Shown: positions 1 to 7,933 of the stretch, in pieces
Layout: every line of letters starts with the position of its first letter
Numbering within the stretch: the first letter of the stretch is position 1
Sequence record: PV112478.1
Strand: one strand, 5' to 3'
DNA length: 64,000 bases
Translations under genes and position numbers: made by a program
The notes under the pieces: generated by a model
The model's input: only the letters and a program-made list of their open reading frames with translations
Told to the model about the DNA's origin: nothing
Database searches by the model: none

Positions 1-417
1 CAGCGGAACAGTGAAGGTTTGCTCTCCACCATTACTCAGTCCACCGTTATAAACCCACTGAACAATCGCACCCTTATCCTTCAGAGCTTTATTCAACAGC
101 GCGTAAGTACCGTAGGTGACTTGTTCGCTATTAGCATTCAACAACGGAGTTGCGCCGCCGGCACTATTAACCCAACCTTGAACATGTTCTTTAGTATCGT
201 CAGTGTAAACAAAGAACACATCACCGGGAACCGTTGCCGAAACACCCGCCACAGTACTCAAGTAGGCGTTCTCAAACATGATACTTTCACGTAACGCACG
301 GAGCGTTGTTTTATACGTGTCATTTTCTTCTTTAACTTGAGCAATGGGAATAAACCCATTCTCAGAGGCTACCGACAAAGCCGGTAATTCGGTAATCTTT
401 AAGCTAGACTTATCCAT
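1..417 (-). CDS. Tailspike/hub protein, N-terminal part (runs off the window edge; not in ORF track)
   Basis: Manual translation from ATG at 417: MDKSSLKITELPALSVASENGFIPIAQVKEENDTYKTTLRALRESIMFENAYLSTVAGVSATVPGDVFFVYTDDTKEHVQGWVN...WVYNGGLSNGGEQTFTVPL. The frame is open to base 1 and has the same anchor module as the neighbouring tailspikes. Confidence 0.9.
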   Translation of the reverse strand, partial: MDKSSLKITELPALSVASENGFIPIAQVKEENDTYKTTLRALRESIMFENAYLSTVAGVSATVPGDVFFVYTDDTKEHVQGWVNSAGGATPLLNANSEQVTYGTYALLNKALKDKGAIVQWVYNGGLSNGGEQTFTVPL

Positions 418-463
418 TTTGGTACCTGTATAGTCTGGGTAAATAAGAGGGTATCTAGATCGT

Positions 464-467
464 CATA
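464..467 (-). promoter_or_regulatory. Late-promoter-like TATG(AC)
   Basis: TTTTTATGACG lies 9 nt after the hairpin and upstream of the 417 gene. TATG is the phiKZ late promoter core. Confidence 0.55.
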
Positions 468-476
468 AAAACACAA

Positions 477-500
477 GAGTAGGGCCGATCGGCCCTACTC
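477..500. terminator. Perfect 24-bp palindrome, intrinsic terminator-like hairpin
   Basis: GAGTAGGGCCGATCGGCCCTACTC is self-complementary, intergenic and followed by a T-rich tract on the - strand. Confidence 0.75.
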
Positions 501-524
501 GCTATGAACAACCTATAAAACAAT

Positions 525-719
525 TCAACTACCGGAATCGTCTTCGCTAGTCCTGTCTTCTAAAAGAAAAGAACCATCCAGACCCTTTTCCGATAAGAAC
601 CCAAGTGCGGCTTCCTGATAGTTTTCTACTTCTTCAAAGAAAACGATAGCCTCCCCCAAATCAATTCTGGAAAGAAAATAAACGTTCTCTCGCACAGTAT
701 CCTTGTAGATATAAATCAT
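525..719 (-). CDS. Small acidic protein translationally coupled to a tailspike (possible assembly chaperone)
   Basis: TGATG stop/start overlap with the 719..2704 gene; 64 aa MIYIYKDTVRENVYFLSRIDLGEAIVFFEE... Confidence 0.6.
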   Translation of the reverse strand: MIYIYKDTVRENVYFLSRIDLGEAIVFFEEVENYQEAALGFLSEKGLDGSFLLEDRTSEDDSGS

Positions 720-2704
720 CACAAATACCCTAAAGTCGGATGTTGATCGGAAAACCAAACCGCGGGGAGCTTAACTTGAATAGTACCAACGAAACCAGTA
801 AAGTTAAGTCCAGCGTACCCATACTGGGATGTCCCGGTATCGCAAGACAACATGTAAGTGCCCATGTAATTGTCTGCGGTAAGGGTGATACCTGTTTTTG
901 TCAGCGAGTTTAAAATATCTTGCTGTGGACCTAGGGCATAGCCACTATAGTTTTCACTCATTGACACCACGTTAGTCGTGGCATTATTAGTAAAAGACTG
1001 AGATGAGACTAAACGACATACACCGCGTACGTAAACATTACCGGTAGTTGCGGAGCCAGCTTTGACCGAACAGGATACATGAAATTTCTGTTGGCTATTA
1101 CTGTTATTAATCGGCGTACCCCAGAGAAGGTTAACTGAGTTAGTTGTACTTGTGGCAGTGATTGTCACCGGGATCAAACCGTCAGAGTCTGCATCTGCTG
1201 CAGAACCGTAGACAATGGTTGAGCCGTTAGCAACTACGTACCATTGCCCAATCGCTCTGGCGGTCGGTAAGGCCGCACCCGCGGTACCATTAAATAATAA
1301 CCCGGTACTATTCAAAATGTAACCGTCTGTGGTATCGTAGGATGGCAGAAAACGATAGGTTTGTCCACGTAACGGGTAACGTATTCTGACTTTGATCAGG
1401 TTAGTGGGATCGTACGCCTTATAACTCCCATAAGCACTATTAACATGTGGGCCGTAACAGAAAATGTTTACGTTGTCAAGGTCGATAGCGGTGCGTGTAG
1501 TGGTCGCATAACCGATCGTTCTGACGCCGCGGTAAGGGTCGTTAACAAACGCGTACATGAAGATATTTCCGCCAATCATTTTAAAGTTATTTTCGCCAGC
1601 GCCAGTTGTACGAGATGGGCAGTTGACCAAATAGCGGAAACCTTCAACATGACATTCAATCAATGTATCTTGACCGATGTTCACTGGCGAATAAAAAACA
1701 ACATCATTTGTGTTATAGTCGAAACTACAACCAAAATATTTAAACATGTGGACAGTATCGTTTCGGTAAACCCCACCCAAATAGTTATCACCGATGAGGC
1801 AGTTAACAAAACGCATGTTCTCACCGGAGTTAACGCAGTTTGTACCGGCGTCAGTTACTACACCGTACGCGTTACGATAAAAATCACAATTCTCCACGAT
1901 ATCTAAATACGTATCGGTAGAACCTATCCTAATTCCACCGTAAAATTGCGCGACTTTTACACCCGTGATTTTTACTTCACGGACGTGAACATAACCACCA
2001 GACGGGTATGTTGTATTTCCTAAAGAAATACCGTGGAACGTAGTTTTGTCGTATCCGGGGCCTAAAATGAAAAGTGCGTTAGTGTCCAACACTTCGGTGT
2101 AGCTGGCAGAACTCCCTGCGTTATTAGTGAAGGGGTTTGCTGCGGATCGAGTAAGCCCAGTAAACTCGCCGGTTATTTCTACGCCGTTCCCGGTAGTAAA
2201 GGCACTAAAATCCCAAGTCTGGTTAGTGTCAACAATAACAGAAACAAACGGCGGAATACGCACTGTCGCTGTCATTTTATAAACGGTTTCGCCGGTAGCG
2301 TTATCTAACGGTGGTACACGCAACCGGTAAGTTCCATTTGCGATATAACCCCTGGCAATAACGACTTTGATGATGTCGCTGGTTATTTTATTAATACATT
2401 GCGCTAAATTATTCGCGGAAACCGAAAAACCGGCCATCCAGACGTTAATTGGTTTACTTGTGTCAAGTAGCCAGTTAGCTCCTTTGGTGGTTTTAAATAC
2501 GCTGTAGTCGTTATCTGCGGCCGTTGAACTCGCTCTGTACGTCATTATTTCGTTTACGTCAGGTCCGCCCACAACCGCTCGTTTTAGTAGAACGCGCTGA
2601 CCGTCAAACCAGGGTTCTAAAGACCGTAACTCAGTTACGGACCCCACGGTCAAAAGAGAATATTCCCCATTACTCCCTCGTGGCTTATTAAATTCAGTGA
2701 GCAT
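719..2704 (-). CDS. Tailspike/polysaccharide depolymerase (beta-helix) with a short TSP3-like head
   Basis: Head MLTEFNKPRGS; tailspike neck motif ELRSLEPWFDGQ; beta-helix motifs SGENMRFVNC and GCSFDYN; S/T/N/G-rich. Confidence 0.85.
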   Translation of the reverse strand: MLTEFNKPRGSNGEYSLLTVGSVTELRSLEPWFDGQRVLLKRAVVGGPDVNEIMTYRASSTAADNDYSVFKTTKGANWLLDTSKPINVWMAGFSVSANNLAQCINKITSDIIKVVIARGYIANGTYRLRVPPLDNATGETVYKMTATVRIPPFVSVIVDTNQTWDFSAFTTGNGVEITGEFTGLTRSAANPFTNNAGSSASYTEVLDTNALFILGPGYDKTTFHGISLGNTTYPSGGYVHVREVKITGVKVAQFYGGIRIGSTDTYLDIVENCDFYRNAYGVVTDAGTNCVNSGENMRFVNCLIGDNYLGGVYRNDTVHMFKYFGCSFDYNTNDVVFYSPVNIGQDTLIECHVEGFRYLVNCPSRTTGAGENNFKMIGGNIFMYAFVNDPYRGVRTIGYATTTRTAIDLDNVNIFCYGPHVNSAYGSYKAYDPTNLIKVRIRYPLRGQTYRFLPSYDTTDGYILNSTGLLFNGTAGAALPTARAIGQWYVVANGSTIVYGSAADADSDGLIPVTITATSTTNSVNLLWGTPINNSNSQQKFHVSCSVKAGSATTGNVYVRGVCRLVSSQSFTNNATTNVVSMSENYSGYALGPQQDILNSLTKTGITLTADNYMGTYMLSCDTGTSQYGYAGLNFTGFVGTIQVKLPAVWFSDQHPTLGYL

Positions 2705-2733
2705 TGTAACACCTCAAAATTGAAAGACTAAGT

Positions 2734-2737
2734 CATA
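2734..2737 (-). promoter_or_regulatory. Late-promoter-like TATG(AC)
   Basis: TTTTCTATGACT lies 4 nt after the hairpin, upstream of RBS GAGGTG and the ATG at 2704. Confidence 0.55.
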
Positions 2738-2741
2738 GAAA

Positions 2742-2772
2742 AATCAGAGGAGACGCATAGTCTCCTCTGATT
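2742..2772. terminator. Intrinsic terminator-like hairpin
   Basis: AATCAGAGGAGAC-GCATA-GTCTCCTCTGATT, 13-bp stem. Confidence 0.8.
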
Positions 2773-2778
2773 AATTTA

Positions 2779-5046
2779 CTACTCGTTAATAAACCAATGG
2801 ACGGGCGCTTTAACGTAGATAGTTCCTACTAACCCGGTGAAATTGATAGATACCGCTATTTGATCAGAATACGCAGCCTTCCTCACTGACATTGGGAATG
2901 CAATATAACCCACATCAGTTAAACCGGTTAATGCTTTCTTCTTATTAAAGTGAGCGTCTACTCCGACAGAGGTTCCCTGAGTATTCGCGATTTGAGATCG
3001 ACTTTCCGTGATAGTAGCGACGCTACCTGATACAGTACCGGAGTACGTTGGCGTGTCGTAGTATTTAATGTAGTTATAAAGATAAAGTCCGGGTGTATAG
3101 TCACTCCCTAATCTTACCGAAATTGCAGATGCAAAAAGTGGATTAAAGATATTCGCAGAATCGAATTTTTTCAAACATTCGAGAGTAATGATATTACTTG
3201 CTAAAGTGGAAGTGATTTTAATAGTCGCAAGGCCGTCTTCGTCCAAGGCGGCGAGTTTAGTGATAGTTACCCCTGTTCCCGTAAAACTAAACTTATGTTG
3301 AGTTCGAGTATCGGTTTGGTTGTTGAAATCAGTATCCGTTGCCACTGTATCCCATTTCCAGCGCCACCCCATCAAAGATTGTTGATAATCACTCAAAACA
3401 GGAGTAGTGGCGCGAAGGGAACCGGATGGTGCTAATGTATTGTATCCGCCCTTAACAACGCAAACAAACTGGTCCCCGGTATTATCTCCGTAACCAGCAA
3501 CGGTTCCCTGGCCTGTGAGGGAGTAATAAGGAGCCCAATAGTAATCCGATAAAGACCATGCGCACTCGTTGAATGTTACCCCAAGATCTTTTGTCGGACA
3601 AGAAATCATTTGGCGTGCGTGGTTCGCTCTAAAAGTGTCAGAGTAATAAGGAGAGGTGTACTGGTTAGGGTACATGTAGACGCCATTAAACATGAAAATG
3701 TTTCTAATATTCCATGTGTTACCCGGATAGATCTGCGTAAGCTGTGGCTGGTTTACCAACATATTACCAAAGCCTTCGATCCAACCTCTTTCCATCGTGA
3801 CACGTGTATTAGACGAATAAAGTGCACACCTAAAAACGTCCCCTGCTGTGTAATCCAAACTCGTGTCAATGATACTAACGATCGCGCCCTTATCAAACCA
3901 GAAATGAGCTGTGTCGTTATTCCCAATAACCCCGTTAATGAATACTACCTTTTCACCAGAGTTAACAATTGTTTGGTTAGTTTCGAACCACACTCCGATT
4001 TGGTTATTTGCAATATTGAAATCAGAAAAAGTATTGCAATAAAAGTTAATGTAGTTGATACGCAGACCGTACTTAAATCCTTCCACCCTGAAATTCTTGA
4101 CATTAAGATCCCTGACAGACATCGGGAGCGTTCCATAGGTGGCAATTCTAATACCCGCGGCGTTACTTGTTGACTTTCCTGGGCCTAAAATAAAGAAAGA
4201 CCCGCCATTAGCGTTAAAGAAATTCGACCCCTGAGTATCGACGAAATTACTATCCGGCATCTGGCCGGCTGCAACACCAGTGATACCTTCATTCGTGATA
4301 ACGATCGCGTCATCGTTTGTTAGAGAAGTAACTAAATAAATATTCCCATAAGAGACTAAAGAAAAGAACGAGGGGATTTTAACTTGTTTCTCTAGCACGT
4401 ATTTATCAGAAAACTGAGGAAAGAAAATCTGAGTGCTAACACCGAAAGTATTCTTGTTAGCAGAAACTTTGGCGGTAGTAAAATCAACAATTTTTTGGAT
4501 TGCGGCTCCTGTACCCGTACCGTCGCTTTTCACTCCGGCCAAACGAATATCTACCCCTTTAGAGACATCAACTTTCCAACGAGCACCTTTGGGAGTCACC
4601 ATAATTGAGAAGTCATTATCAGCGGAAGCAACGTCGCTAGAATCATAATTGGCAATAATATTGATTAGCGGACCGCCTTGTACAGCACGCTCTAAAATAA
4701 TTTTTTGTCCTGCGTACCACGGCTCAAATTTTCGCAGATCGGCGATAGTCGCGACAGATACTGTTGTCAGTGTAGATGGAAACGCCAGAACAGTAAAAGA
4801 ACCTGCGTTCGTAGTTACCGTGGCTGTGGTTCCGGTAACAGAAACGCCACTCACAACTCCGGTGATAGCGGTAGTATTAAAAATCTCTTTTGATTCTGGA
4901 AGAATAGCAAAAGAGTAATTTGTCAGGTCGTTACCGACTTCCAGTGAACCGATAGACGTTTGCGGGATGTTCAATAACTGAGAAAGAACCTCGCCGCTTG
5001 ATTGTACGGATGTACTTCCACCCGGCTGAATAAAATTAGTTTGCAT
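2779..5046 (-). CDS. Tailspike/polysaccharide depolymerase with a Kuttervirus TSP3-like head
   Basis: N-terminus MQTNFIQPGGSTS...GNDLTNY...TNAGS; neck DLRKFEPWYAGQ; beta-helix SGEKVVFING; C-terminus paralogous to 719..2704 (NFTGLVGTIYVKAP). Confidence 0.85.
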   Translation of the reverse strand: MQTNFIQPGGSTSVQSSGEVLSQLLNIPQTSIGSLEVGNDLTNYSFAILPESKEIFNTTAITGVVSGVSVTGTTATVTTNAGSFTVLAFPSTLTTVSVATIADLRKFEPWYAGQKIILERAVQGGPLINIIANYDSSDVASADNDFSIMVTPKGARWKVDVSKGVDIRLAGVKSDGTGTGAAIQKIVDFTTAKVSANKNTFGVSTQIFFPQFSDKYVLEKQVKIPSFFSLVSYGNIYLVTSLTNDDAIVITNEGITGVAAGQMPDSNFVDTQGSNFFNANGGSFFILGPGKSTSNAAGIRIATYGTLPMSVRDLNVKNFRVEGFKYGLRINYINFYCNTFSDFNIANNQIGVWFETNQTIVNSGEKVVFINGVIGNNDTAHFWFDKGAIVSIIDTSLDYTAGDVFRCALYSSNTRVTMERGWIEGFGNMLVNQPQLTQIYPGNTWNIRNIFMFNGVYMYPNQYTSPYYSDTFRANHARQMISCPTKDLGVTFNECAWSLSDYYWAPYYSLTGQGTVAGYGDNTGDQFVCVVKGGYNTLAPSGSLRATTPVLSDYQQSLMGWRWKWDTVATDTDFNNQTDTRTQHKFSFTGTGVTITKLAALDEDGLATIKITSTLASNIITLECLKKFDSANIFNPLFASAISVRLGSDYTPGLYLYNYIKYYDTPTYSGTVSGSVATITESRSQIANTQGTSVGVDAHFNKKKALTGLTDVGYIAFPMSVRKAAYSDQIAVSINFTGLVGTIYVKAPVHWFINE

Positions 5047-5060
5047 TTATTTTTCCTTTA

Positions 5061-5079
5061 AGGAGGGGAACCCCCTCCT
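5061..5079. terminator. Hairpin between tailspike genes
   Basis: AGGAGGGG-AAC-CCCCTCCT. Confidence 0.55.
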
Positions 5080-5083
5080 CCTT

Positions 5084-7840
5084 TTACTCTGTCTCAAAAC
5101 GGAATAGTGACAATCTAGATATGTTTACCGTACCTGTAATGTCAGAAAAAGTCGCTGCAACACGAGCAAACGCTGCGCCAACAGGTGCCCTTATTTTCAC
5201 CGGACTAGAAGCGATGAATCGTGTTGTACCGGCGGAGTAATTTGGTAGGGTAGTGTCGGAAAATACACTTCCCATCGCGGTGTTGTTACCGATTACTTGG
5301 CCACCAGATAATAATACTTTTTGATCATTGTAAAAATAAACGTATGGGGTAATACGGTTATTCCCCGTCGAGTTCAGTAGCTGCATTGCGGCAACAACCC
5401 CGAACGTATCTCCTGCTTTACAGGCAAAATACTCTGTTCCAACTAAAGTCACGTTACTCGCAGAACTTGTACCCGTTAAAGCAAGAACTTTACCTGTAAC
5501 ATCTGTTCTGTCGGCAATTACCCCTGTCATACCCGCGATGTATCCGACAGAAAATTTCGCTAACGTAGAGGAAGTACTCGTAACAGTTGTCCCAGTAGTT
5601 TCCGCACTGAAATCAAAACCGCTATTAATAATAGCGGCCGCGGACGGGACGTTAGGGTAGGGATCTTTCACATACCCACTAACCGCCACGGGTTTACCGG
5701 AAGAGTGTAAATAGAGATCTTCGGTATATGGTTTGACTTCGTGTTTGATCTCAGAGCCATTCCAATGCACTGCAACCTGGTTTCCGTTAAAGAGTGGTCG
5801 AGACGGGCTGTTGGCCAGTCCTAGTGTAGAGTCTGTTTTCTGACCAGAACGCAAACGAGGAAGGAAGTCGCAATTGGTAAAATAGACCGCACAGTTAGAC
5901 GGCGAGCCAACTACATCTAATACGTACCCATTCCAAGCTTCGGCGTGACAGTCAGTAAACTTAACTGCGTTATAACCAGACGATCCCGTAATGACTAATA
6001 TACTACCGTTAGTAAAGTCAAAGCTGCAGTTCATGAAAGAAACATCAAAACCAGGTGCTGCAAGATATACGTGATGTTCGTTGGTACCGCCAAATGTACA
6101 GTTAGTAAACGACATTCGTTCGCCGGAGTTACTGGACGTTGTAGACGGAACATTCAAACTGATACCGTTTTGTTCGAAACGACATTTAGTCGCTGAGAAT
6201 AGATAAGTATCAACGGAAGAAAACGTCAGTGCACGATAGCATTCGGTCACAACAACATTACGGAAAGAAACGTTTCTGGCGTTGGACATACTAGCTGCTT
6301 CGTTACCGATAAATATCCCAGAAAGAGTAGTTATAGCACGACCTTGCCCATCCAGTCGCAATACACCGCCATCAGCCGAAAGGTTCTCACCCTCCCAAAG
6401 ATTGACATTCGTTAAGGTGTCAGTATTTTGGAACTTGATCAGGTACGACCCTGTAAAGTTAGACGATGCAACAATGTTAACGTTACCTTTCGCAACGATA
6501 CTGATTGATGTCGGTGCGACAATTGTTGCAGATATCAGATAACTCCCGGCTGAAATGTTGATCGAAGGGCGACTGTAGAAATTAGTCCCTATTGTTAATT
6601 TCTGGACATATGCGATCGCACGTTGTAAAGGTACCGTGATATCTGTCCCTGGTTGAGCACCCCAAAATGCAACATTAATTTCTGAATTGGGGATAACACG
6701 TTCCCAATAGAAATTCCCACCAACAATGACTGTACCATAGTCTTCCGTCGCACCCCCGCCAATATGACCAATAAATTCCCCGCCGCCAATTTTAGTACCA
6801 GCTGCGTAAGATTTTACTTTAATACGTTCTCCCTCAAACCCCGGTTGACGGGACCGCAGTGAATCCACCGATTCCACGCCGTAAACCCCTTGAACGACTT
6901 GCTCTAAACTCACACCATAACTGGTATTGACCTTTGTCGCGCCCGTCGTTTGTCCCAGTGTCAAAAGAATTTCTGCTGGCGTTCCCGATACCTGTGCGGT
7001 GATGACCGACCGAGAGCCACCCAGTAAGACTTCAACAATGTCGTTAGTATTCAGCGCTTTCGAAAGGTTAATCTTCAATCCGGTGCTATCAACTTCATAG
7101 TGCTTATTCAGGACTTGTTTTGAGCCGTTGATGTAAATAGCAGGGATTGTTTTGAATGTCCACGGAGGAGTAAGTGACGTTTCTCCGCCCACCGCCGCGC
7201 CGTCATTATACAGCCACGTTACGTTGACGTAGTCGGTAATGCCAGGTTCTACTGGCGTGATAGGCGAACCCGGGTAAGGTCTCACGTAGAAGACAACGAA
7301 AGCACCCGCCGTTAACGGCCCTTTTAATTTGACTTTATTCGATAACCGATCAAATGTGTAGTTCAACCCCTTGAACTGATGACCACCGTTCAAGAACATC
7401 TCTGAGACATCGAAACAGTCGAAGGGCAATGCGATTTCCGTTTCGCCACCGTTAGCAGAACCGTTGTTATAAAGGTAACTGACGTATGACGTGTAGGAGC
7501 CGAACTTACCGTCCGCCATCATTTTTCCGGTACCGTAGATAACCGGAGTATTGTCCTTATAGACAGCCGTGGCAGAGGCACCGTTGACGTTAATAAACGC
7601 TGCAGCGTAGAATTGGCTATCGTCAGTATAGACGTAAAAGATTTCATCTTTGACAGTAGCCGCAATACCTTCTGCGAGGGTTTCAAAAGCATTTTCAAAG
7701 AGAAGATTTGATCGAAGATTATTTAACGTGGTACGATATGTTTCATTTTCTGCTCCCGCTACTGCCACTGGCAATAGAGCAGATTCTGGAACAATACCCT
7801 TACTCGAAAGTTCGGAAATTTTTCTTGTGTTATTGGCCAT
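5084..7840 (-). CDS. Hub tailspike: anchor module, two XD-like (GGET) branching modules, neck domain and beta-helix depolymerase
   Basis: Likely start MANNTRKISEL at 7840 (RBS GAGG; the ORF track start at 7885 overlaps the TATG motif). FENAF; YNNGSANGGETEIALPF and YNDGAAVGGETSLTPPW; LRSRQPGFEGER..GGGEF..YWERV; SGERMSFTNC. Confidence 0.88.
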   Translation of the reverse strand: MANNTRKISELSSKGIVPESALLPVAVAGAENETYRTTLNNLRSNLLFENAFETLAEGIAATVKDEIFYVYTDDSQFYAAAFINVNGASATAVYKDNTPVIYGTGKMMADGKFGSYTSYVSYLYNNGSANGGETEIALPFDCFDVSEMFLNGGHQFKGLNYTFDRLSNKVKLKGPLTAGAFVVFYVRPYPGSPITPVEPGITDYVNVTWLYNDGAAVGGETSLTPPWTFKTIPAIYINGSKQVLNKHYEVDSTGLKINLSKALNTNDIVEVLLGGSRSVITAQVSGTPAEILLTLGQTTGATKVNTSYGVSLEQVVQGVYGVESVDSLRSRQPGFEGERIKVKSYAAGTKIGGGEFIGHIGGGATEDYGTVIVGGNFYWERVIPNSEINVAFWGAQPGTDITVPLQRAIAYVQKLTIGTNFYSRPSINISAGSYLISATIVAPTSISIVAKGNVNIVASSNFTGSYLIKFQNTDTLTNVNLWEGENLSADGGVLRLDGQGRAITTLSGIFIGNEAASMSNARNVSFRNVVVTECYRALTFSSVDTYLFSATKCRFEQNGISLNVPSTTSSNSGERMSFTNCTFGGTNEHHVYLAAPGFDVSFMNCSFDFTNGSILVITGSSGYNAVKFTDCHAEAWNGYVLDVVGSPSNCAVYFTNCDFLPRLRSGQKTDSTLGLANSPSRPLFNGNQVAVHWNGSEIKHEVKPYTEDLYLHSSGKPVAVSGYVKDPYPNVPSAAAIINSGFDFSAETTGTTVTSTSSTLAKFSVGYIAGMTGVIADRTDVTGKVLALTGTSSASNVTLVGTEYFACKAGDTFGVVAAMQLLNSTGNNRITPYVYFYNDQKVLLSGGQVIGNNTAMGSVFSDTTLPNYSAGTTRFIASSPVKIRAPVGAAFARVAATFSDITGTVNISRLSLFRFETE

Positions 7841-7882
7841 TGCAAGAAACCTCATTGTCGGCAATAGGGCTGTAAAAATAGT

Positions 7883-7886
7883 CATA
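7883..7886 (-). promoter_or_regulatory. Late-promoter-like TATG(AC)
   Basis: TTTGTTTTCCTATGAC lies 10 nt after hairpin 7897-7924. Confidence 0.55.
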
Positions 7887-7896
7887 GGAAAACAAA

Positions 7897-7924
7897 TAGA
7901 GAGGAGCCAAAAGGCTCCTCTCTA
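7897..7924. terminator. Intrinsic terminator-like hairpin
   Basis: TAGAGAGGAGCC-AAAA-GGCTCCTCTCTA, 12-bp stem. Confidence 0.8.
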
Positions 7925-7933
7925 GAGTTTATT

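Noticed and set aside
19-294. ORF-track + strand 91-aa ORF
   Set aside because: Antisense shadow of the real - strand anchor gene 1..417.
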